Shown in pieces: positions 27,164-36,315 of a stretch of DNA of 64,000 nucleotides (the stretch's first letter is position 1; each line of letters starts with the position of its first letter). The stretch lies in the IMG/VR virus record IMGVR_UViG_3300028797_000143, positions 1 through 64,000 of that record; one strand, given 5' to 3'. The position numbers were made by a program, and so were the translations under genes. The notes under the pieces are model-generated. The model was not told the origin of the DNA, did no database searches, and saw only the letters and a list, made by a program, of their open reading frames with translations. The stretch is from a virus (Duplodnaviria > Caudoviricetes).

Positions 27164-27340
27164 AGTATTTTAGCGTTTCTTTGGGTTGCATGTTGTTGCA
27201 TAAAATTGTGTTAAAGTTGCTCATTTTCTTGCACTTCCGAATAATGTTGCATACCTTTGCAAAAACTTAATTTATCGGTTGCATTCATCGGTTGCATAAT
27301 CAAGTATGGTCAATCGGTTGCAATTATCGGTTGCAAGAAA

Positions 27341-28816
27341 ATGGTTAAGTGGGAAGAGGTTTATAGGTATGGTGGCGACAGCGTGCGAGGTGCCTTTAGC
27401 GTCCGCGTGGCTGTTGTCCTAAATCGTGCGTCAAGACCTGATGGCGATGGTAGGTATATGGTGGCTGTCAAAGTTACCCAGGGGAATGACAGGAGGTATT
27501 TCATAAATGTCCCCGGAATACGTATGCTCCCAGAGGACTTCGTTGCCATGTGCCGTGAGAGGGACGTGATGAGGGGAAGGTTCAAGAGGTTCGCGGATAT
27601 AGGAGGAAAGGTAACGGGATTCTATGACAGGGTTTGCCATATGGTCGATGACCTCGTTTTCAATGGGTCCTTCGTCTTTGATGATTTCAAGTACAGGTGG
27701 AATGACATAGAGAAGACCAATCTCGTGGAGATAACACCCTATACGTTATGGGAGCAGGTTGCCAAGGAGCGGTCGGCAGGTACGGAGGAGAGTTACCTCA
27801 TAGCCTTAAGGAGGTTCAAGATAGACATGGGTACGAAAATAAGGTTCTGTGACTTCTCCAAGCCTCTCGTGGCGAGGTGGAAGGAGAAGATGCTCAGTGC
27901 AGGTCTCTCGCGTACTACGGCCAATATCTATATCCGTTCCCTACGTGTTGTTCTCAACGATGCCCGAAGGATGGGACAGCTTTCCGATACGCGGGGTGTC
28001 TTCGATGGGCTGTGTATAGGTGGAAGGAACAGCTATAATAGCCGAAAGGAGAAATATCTGTCCGTAGAACAGTGGACGCGCCTATGGCTGTTCTATGAGT
28101 CTAAAGGAGAGGGAAACGAGGTTTATCTGTCATGGAGGGAAGACCAGAAGAAGGACAGGATGGAGGCCTTGGGTATGATGCTCTTCATGTACCTTGCTGA
28201 CGGGATGAACCTGAGAGACGTCGTAAGCCTGAGATATGACGATTACTACTATCAGCATGATCGCAGGCAATTGCATTTCCAGAGGCAGAAGGTCGCGGAG
28301 CGTTCGGGTGCCAAGGTTGTCTTCCCCGTCTTAGAGCCTATACGTATCATCCTCGAAAGACAAGGGGAGAAGGAGGTACGCGGAGGCCTTGTGTTCGGAT
28401 ACCTCAAAGGGAGGGTGAAACTCGACTCACAGACGAAAGAGACCGCCAAGGAGATAAGAAGACTTACGGCCTTGTACAACTCTACGATTGGTGACAGGGT
28501 AGCCCATATCGCCGATGCTATAGGCCTTGACGTACACCCTACCCCCACGTGGTGTAGGCACTCTTTTGCGAGTAACCTCATACAGGCTGGTGTTCCGAAG
28601 GAGTACATCACCGCTTCCATGGCACATAGCAGCGATGATACCACGGATAACTACATAGACATGTATTCCTATGAGCAGATGGTTGACTACAACAGCCGCC
28701 TCCTGGATGACCCTTCGAGGAAGAAGAACAGGGTTCGCGACATCTTCAAGGGCTTCTCCGAAGAGGAGTTGGAAGAGCTGAGGGCACTGATGGGGATGAA
28801 GCAGGATGAAACGTAA
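27341..28816 (+). CDS. int: Tyrosine integrase, Bacteroidales type with arm-binding N-terminal domain
   Basis: RHSFA, SMAHS and catalytic Tyr region; start moved to MVKWEEV, downstream of promoter 27228-27259. Confidence 0.92.
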   Translation: MVKWEEVYRYGGDSVRGAFSVRVAVVLNRASRPDGDGRYMVAVKVTQGNDRRYFINVPGIRMLPEDFVAMCRERDVMRGRFKRFADIGGKVTGFYDRVCHMVDDLVFNGSFVFDDFKYRWNDIEKTNLVEITPYTLWEQVAKERSAGTEESYLIALRRFKIDMGTKIRFCDFSKPLVARWKEKMLSAGLSRTTANIYIRSLRVVLNDARRMGQLSDTRGVFDGLCIGGRNSYNSRKEKYLSVEQWTRLWLFYESKGEGNEVYLSWREDQKKDRMEALGMMLFMYLADGMNLRDVVSLRYDDYYYQHDRRQLHFQRQKVAERSGAKVVFPVLEPIRIILERQGEKEVRGGLVFGYLKGRVKLDSQTKETAKEIRRLTALYNSTIGDRVAHIADAIGLDVHPTPTWCRHSFASNLIQAGVPKEYITASMAHSSDDTTDNYIDMYSYEQMVDYNSRLLDDPSRKKNRVRDIFKGFSEEELEELRALMGMKQDET

Positions 28817-28888
28817 TTATGTGCATTTATTCGAATATATGTTAATATATTTGGAAATATCAACATAATGCACTACCTTTGCACCAAA

Positions 28889-29221
28889 ATGCAAAGGATT
28901 ATGATTCACACTGACACACCCTCTGTTGCTTACTATGCCATTTCGGAGCATCAACTGCAGGAAATCATCAACGAGAGCGTTAAGGCGACCTTGAAGGAGG
29001 TGGGCTTTGACTTCGACACCATGGGGCAACACCTTGCCACGGAGCAGAAGGACGAGTACAAGCCGTTGGCCTATTGGCTGAACAAGCTTAACATCAACCG
29101 CTCTACCTTGTGGCGAAGAGCCAAGGAGAACCTTATTACCCCTTCAAGGATGGGAGGTAAGGTGTACCTTTGCCAGCGGGATATTGACCAGATGTTCCAG
29201 AAGCTTGCGGAAAAGAGGTGA
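28889..29221 (+). CDS. Excisionase-like HTH protein
   Basis: LNINRSTLWR..K...ITPSRMGGKVYL; own promoter TTTG(28850)-N20-TACCTTTG(28874). Confidence 0.65.
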   Translation: MQRIMIHTDTPSVAYYAISEHQLQEIINESVKATLKEVGFDFDTMGQHLATEQKDEYKPLAYWLNKLNINRSTLWRRAKENLITPSRMGGKVYLCQRDIDQMFQKLAEKR

Positions 29222-29223
29222 TG

Positions 29224-29487
29224 TCAGCCTTTTTCCTCGAAGAAGAACCCCTCTCCGAGTAATAGCCATTTGGCAGATACACCATACTCCTTTGCAAGTA
29301 TATACAGGTACTCCGGTTTGATTATCCCCGTTCCATGGTTCTTAATCGTGCACAGATTCCCATAGCTGATGTCGTGTTGTACGGCAAAGTCGCAGAGTCC
29401 CCTCATTCTTCTCATCCGCTTAAGAATCTCTATGGCTTCAAAGAAGCGCTCGTTGATTTCCTGTGAGGTCTTTGACTTCTTCAGCAT
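29224..29487 (-). CDS. XRE-type HTH regulator
   Basis: LAKEYGVSAKWLLLGEG. Confidence 0.75.
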   Translation of the reverse strand: MLKKSKTSQEINERFFEAIEILKRMRRMRGLCDFAVQHDISYGNLCTIKNHGTGIIKPEYLYILAKEYGVSAKWLLLGEGFFFEEKG

Positions 29488-29549
29488 TGTTGCACGATTG
29501 TATCCACTTAGAAGGATGGGTTATTATTTCAAAGAACGACTTTGCAATG

Positions 29550-29939
29550 TTATTTGATGGACAGCTTTTCGAGAAGCGTCACGAGTGAGGTGCTGATGGC
29601 CGTCAGCTGTATTTGTATTTGGTTCTGCATATCTATCTGCTGGCAGATGGTCTCGTTCTGCTTTTTGACGACGCTTAGCAGGTCGAGAAGTGCAAGGTTT
29701 CCACCCTTAAAGGGAGGTATCTCACCCACCTTGATCTGTTCGGCGCTGTCAGTGATGTAAGCGTCCACTGTTTCCCTGCCGTATTCCTGACGCAACATAT
29801 CAAGTTGCTTCTCGGTAAGGTCTATACCATTTGTCTCAACCCTTGAAAGGTTCGACTGAGAGAGACCTAAGATAGTAGCGAAGTCCCCTTGGCGAATGTC
29901 CTTGGCTCTCCGAAACTCTCTAATCTTGAAATTACCCAT
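29550..29939 (-). CDS. Putative immunity repressor (XRE HTH)
   Basis: IRQGDFATILGLSQSNLSRVE; ATG 29939; divergent from cro-like gene. Confidence 0.75.
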   Translation of the reverse strand: MGNFKIREFRRAKDIRQGDFATILGLSQSNLSRVETNGIDLTEKQLDMLRQEYGRETVDAYITDSAEQIKVGEIPPFKGGNLALLDLLSVVKKQNETICQQIDMQNQIQIQLTAISTSLVTLLEKLSIK

Positions 29940-29984
29940 AATATTGTTAATTTTGTATAAATGGATGAATATATTAGTGTTATA

Positions 29985-30069
29985 TTTGCATAAATGCAGA
30001 TAAATTCGTATCTTTGCACAAAGAATAAAACGATGGTGCAAAAGTAATGGAAAATATTCAATCATCAAA
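29985..30069. promoter_or_regulatory. Face-to-face promoter pair (lysis/lysogeny switch)
   Basis: Rightward TTTG 29985 / TATCTTTG 30009; leftward TTTG 30066-69 / TACTTTTG 30039-46. Confidence 0.7.
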
Positions 30070-30313
30070 GCGTTTTCAGCAGAATTTCGAAAAAATATCC
30101 CTCAGGGGATACTATAACGGCCTTCCCGAGCGCGTGTCACCTAAGCTACAGTTCCTCGAAGAGATACAGAGGAGGTGTAAGGAAGAGAGTGGCAAGCAGG
30201 TGACGATGGCCACCGTAAGGAATTGGGTACTCTATGGCATCAAGCCGATGAATCCCATTCATGTGAAGGTTATATCCGACATTACTAACATTAAAGAAGA
30301 AGACCTATGGTAG
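30047..30313 (+). CDS. Cro-like HTH protein
   Basis: VTMATVRNWV; first gene of rightward operon. Confidence 0.6.
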   Translation: MENIQSSKRFQQNFEKISLRGYYNGLPERVSPKLQFLEEIQRRCKEESGKQVTMATVRNWVLYGIKPMNPIHVKVISDITNIKEEDLW

Positions 30314-30861
30314 GAGCAGAGTTCTATATTTTCGACAATGAGCTGTGGTGCAAGTCGGACGATGGGAGGAACTTCATCGTTGACGAGACCTGTACGGAGG
30401 TTATCTCTTATATTATAAATAATGTACGCGCGAGATACCCAGAGGCTTACAAGGCTCTCTCCAAGCACTACCAGAAGAGTTCTATCAGTGCATCCTACTA
30501 TCAGTATTTAATGGCAAGGAGGTTCTGTAAGTGCAATTTCGGTTCACTTGATGCCACTTCGGAGGATGTCCGTAATGACGGAGTGTTCAACTTTGAGAAC
30601 GTCCAATGTCCCATGAGAGGGGAGTGTCCCTTGGAGGGTGTTGTATGTAATCCCGTTTTTGATGCTCACCTCTTGAAGTCCGAGATGAGGGTGATGAAGC
30701 TGTGGTATGAAGGACGGACAAAGGAGGAGATAGCCGAGGAGCTGTTCATCTCCCCGGGGACTGTGAAGAATCATATTAAGAGCGCCTACCTGAAGCTTGG
30801 CGTCCATTCGGAGGCTGAGTTTGTGAGGTACGCAAAAGATAATCATTTATTCACCAATTAA
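30307..30861 (+). CDS. Protein with C-terminal LuxR/GerE-type HTH
   Basis: EIAEELFISPGTVKNHIKSAYLKLGV; Cys-containing linker. Confidence 0.85.
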   Translation: MVGAEFYIFDNELWCKSDDGRNFIVDETCTEVISYIINNVRARYPEAYKALSKHYQKSSISASYYQYLMARRFCKCNFGSLDATSEDVRNDGVFNFENVQCPMRGECPLEGVVCNPVFDAHLLKSEMRVMKLWYEGRTKEEIAEELFISPGTVKNHIKSAYLKLGVHSEAEFVRYAKDNHLFTN

Positions 30862-30868
30862 ACGAGTT

Positions 30869-31597
30869 ATGGAACAATTACAATTCAGAACGCTTACGGC
30901 AGACGAGATTGAATGCCGCGTAGCACAGGCTGGCAAGAACCAGCAGGGAGGTTGGTGTTCTCTCTTACTCTACAAGGATGCCCGGTGTGACCAGAGGCTT
31001 CTTGATGAGACGGTCGGGTGTTTCCGATGGAAGAGGGAGCATGAGCTCATCAATGGTAACCTGTTCTGTACTGTCAGTATCAAGGACGGCAGTGGAGAGT
31101 GGGTGTCTAAACAAGACGTTGGTACGGAGAGCAGCACGGAGAAGGAGAAAGGCCAGGCATCGGATGCCTTCAAGCGTGCGTGCTTCAATTGGGGTCTCGG
31201 GCGTGAGCTGTATACCTCTCCCAAGATCTTTGTCAACCTCACATCGGATGAGGTTTTCGAGCAGAACGGCAAGGCCAAGGTAAACCCGAGAGTGACGTTC
31301 AAGGTGTCGAGCATCAGCTATGATGATAAGAGGAACATCAGTGCTTTGGTCATCACGGACTCCAAGGGTGCTGTCCGTTATACCTTTGGCAATGTAAAGG
31401 CAAAAGTAACACCTGTTGCAAAGCCTGAGTTGTCTTTGGAGGACGCCAAGAAGCAAATCAGTGAGGCTACCACTAATGAGCAGCTTGCCGCCATCTTCAA
31501 GGCCAATAAGCACCTGCAGAACGACGCCAGTTTCATCGACGCTCTGTCGAATCGTAAGAACCAAATCCTGAACGACAATGGAGCTGCCGCTGCTTAA
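30869..31597 (+). CDS. Rad52/Sak-like single-strand annealing protein
   Basis: YKDAR..LDE.VG...DVGTES..EKGQASDAFKRA...G.GRELY. Confidence 0.8.
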   Translation: MEQLQFRTLTADEIECRVAQAGKNQQGGWCSLLLYKDARCDQRLLDETVGCFRWKREHELINGNLFCTVSIKDGSGEWVSKQDVGTESSTEKEKGQASDAFKRACFNWGLGRELYTSPKIFVNLTSDEVFEQNGKAKVNPRVTFKVSSISYDDKRNISALVITDSKGAVRYTFGNVKAKVTPVAKPELSLEDAKKQISEATTNEQLAAIFKANKHLQNDASFIDALSNRKNQILNDNGAAAA

Positions 31598-32510
31598 CCA
31601 ATCGCCCGTAGTGTTTGATGCGGAGCATCACACCTACCAGCTTGGAGATAAGTTCCTGAAGGGTGTCACGGGGACACTCGTCAGGAGGGCTTATCCCAAC
31701 ACCTACCAGATTCCTGACGGCTTCACGGAAGAGCAGTGGGAAGAGAGATTACGACAGGCGGCTGCCAAGGGTACTGCCATCCACCAAGCCATTGAGTTGT
31801 ATGAAGACCTTGGCGTAGAGAACGACATGCCAGAGCTTCGTAACTACATCTCCATCAAGGATGACAACGGCTTCGTGAACCTCGCTACGGAGTATCTTGT
31901 GAGTGACGAGAAAAACTACGCTTCGGCTGTTGACCATGTGTGGTACTCTCCAGAAACGAAGGATATCATTCTCGTAGATATTAAGAGAACCTACGAGATT
32001 CACATCGACGAGGTGACGTGTCAGACGAGCATCTATAAGAAGCTCTTCTTACGGCAGAATCCCCACTTGAAGGACTACAATATCTGTACGGCTGTTTTGT
32101 GGCTGAGAGATGAGAAGAGTGACTTCCGTCTCTTGAACCCGTGGGCTGAGGAGGTCGTTGATGAGCTTATCGAAGCCGATTTGAAGGATGAGACCTTCGA
32201 CATTCAGAAGCATTATGGTGACCTTCCCGTGAGGTTTGCCGATGCCGAGAAGGTGATAGCACAGCTTGACGCAGAGCTGAAAGAGAAGAGGGCTCAGTAT
32301 GAGAAGCTGACAAAGGGCTTGTATGACTTGATGGTTGAATATGGCGTCCAGAAGTTTACGGGCTCCAGGATTCAGCTGACGATTACCAAGCCTACGAAAC
32401 GTGAGGGCTTCAATAAGGATGCGTTCAAGCAGGATAATCCAGACCTATATGAGAAGTATAAGACCTATACAGACGTGAAATCAAGTTTAAGAATAACAGT
32501 AAAAAATTAA
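31578..32510 (+). CDS. PD-(D/E)XK exonuclease
   Basis: GTAIH..E; ASAVD...LVDIKRT. Confidence 0.75.
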   Translation: MELPLLNQSPVVFDAEHHTYQLGDKFLKGVTGTLVRRAYPNTYQIPDGFTEEQWEERLRQAAAKGTAIHQAIELYEDLGVENDMPELRNYISIKDDNGFVNLATEYLVSDEKNYASAVDHVWYSPETKDIILVDIKRTYEIHIDEVTCQTSIYKKLFLRQNPHLKDYNICTAVLWLRDEKSDFRLLNPWAEEVVDELIEADLKDETFDIQKHYGDLPVRFADAEKVIAQLDAELKEKRAQYEKLTKGLYDLMVEYGVQKFTGSRIQLTITKPTKREGFNKDAFKQDNPDLYEKYKTYTDVKSSLRITVKN

Positions 32511-32514
32511 AATC

Positions 32515-32913
32515 ATGGCAAACAATCTGAATGTAAGCATCAACCTCCTTAAGTTGAAAGCCGCCATTTTAGGTGTCAAGGGTAAGGAGAAAATCAAGAA
32601 GTGTGTGGTCATCCCCATCGAGGACAACGACCTATTTTCTAAGGTGGATGATAACGGCAAGGTGAGTGTGTATTTGAACCTCACCTGCTGGGAGAACAGA
32701 CAAGTCTCTCAGTATGGCGACACCCACATGGTCAAGCAGTCACACTCCAAGGAGTGGAATGAGGCCCACACCGATGAAGACAGGAAAGCGGAGCCTATCC
32801 TCGGCAATGCCAAACCCGTCGTTGAGCGCACTGTTGAGAGTGTCAACGTCCCCACTGCCGAAGTGGAACCCGCCGTCTTTGACGGAGAAGGCAACGATGA
32901 CCTGCCCTTCTAA
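32515..32913 (+). CDS. Putative single-stranded DNA-binding protein
   Basis: Acidic C-terminal DDLPF tail; in recombination module. Confidence 0.55.
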   Translation: MANNLNVSINLLKLKAAILGVKGKEKIKKCVVIPIEDNDLFSKVDDNGKVSVYLNLTCWENRQVSQYGDTHMVKQSHSKEWNEAHTDEDRKAEPILGNAKPVVERTVESVNVPTAEVEPAVFDGEGNDDLPF

Positions 32914-33374
32914 TGGAAAGCGGCAAAAGGACATTCGTTCTTTCCAACGAGACAGAGAGACAGGAGTTCAGGCGCTATTGCAATGATGTTTATCTCTGGG
33001 GTTGCGAGAAGGGTGGTATCGTGGAAATCACGAAGCGATACCGCCCACGCTCGCTGTCGCAGAATAATTATCTCCATTTACTTCTGTCTTACTTCGCCTC
33101 TCAGTATGGTTGTTCGCTCGAAGATGCCAAGTATGAGTTCTTCAAGAAGAGGTACAATACAGACATGTTCGTGAAAACGAGGAAGCATAACGGCAGGGAG
33201 GTGACCTATGTAAGGAGTAGTGCATCTCTTGACAAGAACGAAATGAGGCTGGCCATTGACAGGTTCAAAAATAAGGTTCTTGAAGAGTTCGGGCTATACC
33301 TCCCCGATGCCGACAACTATGCTGCCGTAAGGGAGGCTGAAAAGGATATTGCAAGATATGCAGAATACTTATAA
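32913..33374 (+). CDS. NinB-like protein
   Basis: RSLSQNNYLH motif. Confidence 0.6.
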   Translation: MESGKRTFVLSNETERQEFRRYCNDVYLWGCEKGGIVEITKRYRPRSLSQNNYLHLLLSYFASQYGCSLEDAKYEFFKKRYNTDMFVKTRKHNGREVTYVRSSASLDKNEMRLAIDRFKNKVLEEFGLYLPDADNYAAVREAEKDIARYAEYL

Positions 33375-33383
33375 TTATCCATT

Positions 33384-34007
33384 ATGAAAAGTGAACTATT
33401 GAACTACAAGCCGTCCGAGATTGAGTACGTGCTTGATGATGTCGTTGCGGAGACATTCCCGCAGGAACTTGACTTCATGTCCCTCGAAGGAGGCTCTTTG
33501 ATGGGTGAGAAGCCCCTGAAGACCAAGCGAGACATCCTTAATTTTATCGGTAAGCATTTCACGGCTACGTTCCCCGACGATCAGTTTGCCGTCCGTAAGC
33601 TGACACGTATCGAGGAGCAGGCCATCCGCGAGGAGTACTGCGCCCTCACCGAAGACCTCCTCCCCGTCAGAAAGGCTGAGCTGGAGGAAGCCATCGAGAA
33701 GGCCAAGAAGATGAAAGCCGATGCCGAGGCCGCCCTCGCCGCCGTGGTGCAGGACATCGCCGCCTATGCCGCGCAAGTGAAACAGGGTACCAAGGAGCTT
33801 CTGTTGAAGTCCAAGGACACCTTCTGTATCGCCCTCGCGGGTTACTATCTCGTCTATACGTGGGATGAGGCGAAGCAGACCTTCGTCCTTGCCAATGGTC
33901 ATAAGGTCGTTGACTCTGGAGAGATTTTCGCCAATGACACCCGGAACAGGGAGATGATGTTGGAGCTTTTCGGCTGTGAGTTCGAGGAAACGAATGTAGA
34001 AGAGTAA
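33384..34007 (+). CDS. Hypothetical protein with central coiled coil
   Basis: ORF track. Confidence 0.7.
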   Translation: MKSELLNYKPSEIEYVLDDVVAETFPQELDFMSLEGGSLMGEKPLKTKRDILNFIGKHFTATFPDDQFAVRKLTRIEEQAIREEYCALTEDLLPVRKAELEEAIEKAKKMKADAEAALAAVVQDIAAYAAQVKQGTKELLLKSKDTFCIALAGYYLVYTWDEAKQTFVLANGHKVVDSGEIFANDTRNREMMLELFGCEFEETNVEE

Positions 34008-35182
34008 TGCCATATATTTTACGTACATACCAAAAAGAAGCTGCCGATGCTGCCGTGGGAGCGTTTCAGAGAGGTTCTTCAAACGGGCTTCTCGTCCTCC
34101 CCACGGCCAGCGGCAAGTCGTTGGTGATAGCAGACATCGCCAGCAGGCTTGACTCCCCGCTGTTGGTGTTCCAGCCGAGTGTGGAGATTCTTAGGCAAAA
34201 CTTCGAGAAGATATGTTCGTATGGTATTACCGATGTGGGTGTCTATTCAGCCTCCATGGGGGATAAGAATATCCGCAGGATTACCCTCGCTACTATTGGA
34301 AGCGTCCATAACCACATGGATGATTTCAGGCTGTTTAAATACTGCCTTATCGATGAAGCGCATGGTGTATCCTCCAGAGGAGGAATGTACAATGAGTTCA
34401 TCTTAGACAGGAAGGACAGGGTGGTGATCGGCCTTACGGCAAGTCCCTATAGGTTGGAGAGGGCTTTCGAAGGAGCTTCTATCCTCACGTTCCTCACGAG
34501 GACGCATCCGAGGGTCTTCAGCAAGGTCTTATATGTCTGCCAGACGGGTGACCTGCTGAGAAGGGGCTTCATCTCTCCTGTAGAGTATACAGACCTCACA
34601 TCTAAGATTTCATTTGATATAGGAAGGGTAAAGGTCAACTCCACGGGAGCCGACTATGATGATGAAAGTCTGAGACAGGAATACGAGAGAAGCAGATTCA
34701 TGTATGACTTGGAGATGTGGACGCAGAGGATATTACAAGAAGAAAGGAATGGTATCCTCGTGTTCACAAGGTTCGTCAAGGAATCCATGTATCTTGTAGA
34801 ACGCCTTAAGACTCATGGTATAAGTGCCGAGGTGGTTTCTGGGAGCACACCGAAGAATGACAGAGCGCGTATCGTCAACGACTTCAAGAGTGGGAGGCTG
34901 AAGGTTCTCAGCAATGCCAACTGCATGACGATGGGCTTTGACTACCCTGCCTTGGATACCGTCATCCTTGCCAGCCCTACGAGGTCTCTGGCTCGTTACT
35001 ATCAGCAGGTAGGACGTGTTGTAAGGGTCTTTGAGGGAAAGAGAGCCAAGGTTATAGACATGTGCGGGAGCTATAAGAGATTCGGGGCTTTCGAGGATTT
35101 GAGGATTGAGAACCCTCTCGGAGGTAACAGGTGGGTGGTGACATCAAACGGACGACCTTTAACAGGTGAACTAATAAAATAA
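34007..35182 (+). CDS. Superfamily 2 (DEAD/DEAH) helicase
   Basis: PTASGKS, DEAH, TAS, QQVGR motifs. Confidence 0.92.
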   Translation: MPYILRTYQKEAADAAVGAFQRGSSNGLLVLPTASGKSLVIADIASRLDSPLLVFQPSVEILRQNFEKICSYGITDVGVYSASMGDKNIRRITLATIGSVHNHMDDFRLFKYCLIDEAHGVSSRGGMYNEFILDRKDRVVIGLTASPYRLERAFEGASILTFLTRTHPRVFSKVLYVCQTGDLLRRGFISPVEYTDLTSKISFDIGRVKVNSTGADYDDESLRQEYERSRFMYDLEMWTQRILQEERNGILVFTRFVKESMYLVERLKTHGISAEVVSGSTPKNDRARIVNDFKSGRLKVLSNANCMTMGFDYPALDTVILASPTRSLARYYQQVGRVVRVFEGKRAKVIDMCGSYKRFGAFEDLRIENPLGGNRWVVTSNGRPLTGELIK

Positions 35183-35244
35183 AAGACATGAAATACAGAT
35201 TCTATCCGAGTTTGGATACTTACACTTTTCAGTGGTTTTGAAAT

Positions 35245-35493
35245 ATGGACCTATTTGAGTTTTTAAAGGGCTTCTCCTCGAAGGATAAGTCCGTCATGAA
35301 GCGTTATCATGTGCGCCCAGATAAGATAGACCTCATCTTTAAGCTGAGGTGTGTGGAGTCTATCTCCAAGGTCTTCGAGAGGGGTGTGCGGAAGTTGCAA
35401 GTCAACCTCTCCAACGGCAAGAAAGCGTACGTGGACGATTACATTGTCAAACTACCCAACGGAGAGTGGGACGTAATAAGAGATCAGTTATGA
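35245..35493 (+). CDS. Hypothetical protein
   Basis: Coupled to next gene. Confidence 0.5.
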   Translation: MDLFEFLKGFSSKDKSVMKRYHVRPDKIDLIFKLRCVESISKVFERGVRKLQVNLSNGKKAYVDDYIVKLPNGEWDVIRDQL

Positions 35494-35972
35494 TAAGAAG
35501 GACACCTTTGAAAAGGACTTCCAAGAAAAGGGAGCCCAACTATACCGCAGATATGGATAGGGTTTTCCAGTACTATATCAGGCTGAGGGACGTCATGCCG
35601 GGAGGGTATGGGAGATGTATCTCATGCGGTAAGATACGACCTTTCAACCACCTTCAGGCAGGCCATTTTTATAGTCGAAGACATATGAGTACGAGGTGGA
35701 ACGAAGATAACGTCCATGCCGAGTGCGAGGGCTGTAACTGCTTTGATGGCGATCATCTCTTAAGCTACCAGCAGAACCTTGCCAAGAAGATAGGCATGGA
35801 GAGGATGCAATACCTTGCCGTGGCTCATAACCAGACGAGGAATTGGCATCCCTTCGAGATACAGACTATGGTCAAGCACTATGGAGAGGAGGTCATACGC
35901 CTCGCCTCCGTAAAGGGTCTGCCCATTGCCGAGGATGTCATGCGTATCATCAGAAAGTACCAGAAGATGTAA
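35490..35972 (+). CDS. NinG/Rap-like nuclease
   Basis: YIRLRD..CISCG..QAGHF.SR...N.HAECEGCN; ATG 35490. Confidence 0.85.
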   Translation: MIRRTPLKRTSKKREPNYTADMDRVFQYYIRLRDVMPGGYGRCISCGKIRPFNHLQAGHFYSRRHMSTRWNEDNVHAECEGCNCFDGDHLLSYQQNLAKKIGMERMQYLAVAHNQTRNWHPFEIQTMVKHYGEEVIRLASVKGLPIAEDVMRIIRKYQKM

Positions 35973-36043
35973 AAATTGGAGCACGTCTCACGACGGGCTC
36001 CAAATTAACCAATTAAACAGGGAGTTATGAGAACTCGGTCTGT
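35971..36043 (-). ncRNA. Candidate sRNA-1 (about 70 nt), antisense to early-gene leaders
   Basis: Promoter CTTG(36078-81)-N20-TATCTTTG(36050-57); GTGA-looped terminator 35976-36003 plus U tract; no ORF. Confidence 0.65.
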
Positions 36044-36090
36044 TCGGTGCAAAGATACAATGTTATCTTGAATCTTGCAAGTAAATCGGT

Positions 36091-36150
36091 AAAAAGCCTG
36101 CTTCCGCAGGTAGAAAAGAGAGAAAACTCTTGAGAGAAATGGAATTATTT
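36091..36150 (-). ncRNA. Candidate sRNA-2 (about 60 nt)
   Basis: Promoter TTTG(36186-89)-N20-TACCTTTG(36158-65); CCTGC-GGAA-GCAGG terminator plus U tract; no ORF. Confidence 0.55.
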
Positions 36151-36232
36151 AACGATGCAAAGGTATTGATAATTATTGATATATACAAATATATGCAACG
36201 GAATTTCGCGCCTTTCGGCCATTATTTAGTAT

Positions 36233-36279
36233 TTTTAACTATTTTCTTTTGTCTATATGCGAAAAAAGCCGTACCTTTG
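36233..36279 (+). promoter_or_regulatory. Strong early promoter P2
   Basis: TTTTAACTA-N6-TTTG-N20-TACCTTTG. Confidence 0.85.
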
Positions 36280-36315
36280 CATATAGAGAGGAAGAAACTC
36301 TAAAATCACAAAGAA

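Larger units (their letters stand above)
27028..27335 (+). repeat. TCGGTTGCA repeats flanking attP core (integrase arm-type sites)
   Basis: Perfect copies at 27060, 27275, 27288, 27314, 27327; variants at 27028, 27047. Confidence 0.75.

Noticed and set aside
27257-30068. Upstream starts given in the ORF track for int (27257), xis-like (28868) and repressor (30068)
   Set aside because: They overlap predicted promoters; downstream ATGs (27341, 28889, 29939) preferred
31578-32510. Cas4/CRISPR-associated gene
   Set aside because: Context is a Sak-exonuclease-SSB recombination module, with no other cas genes
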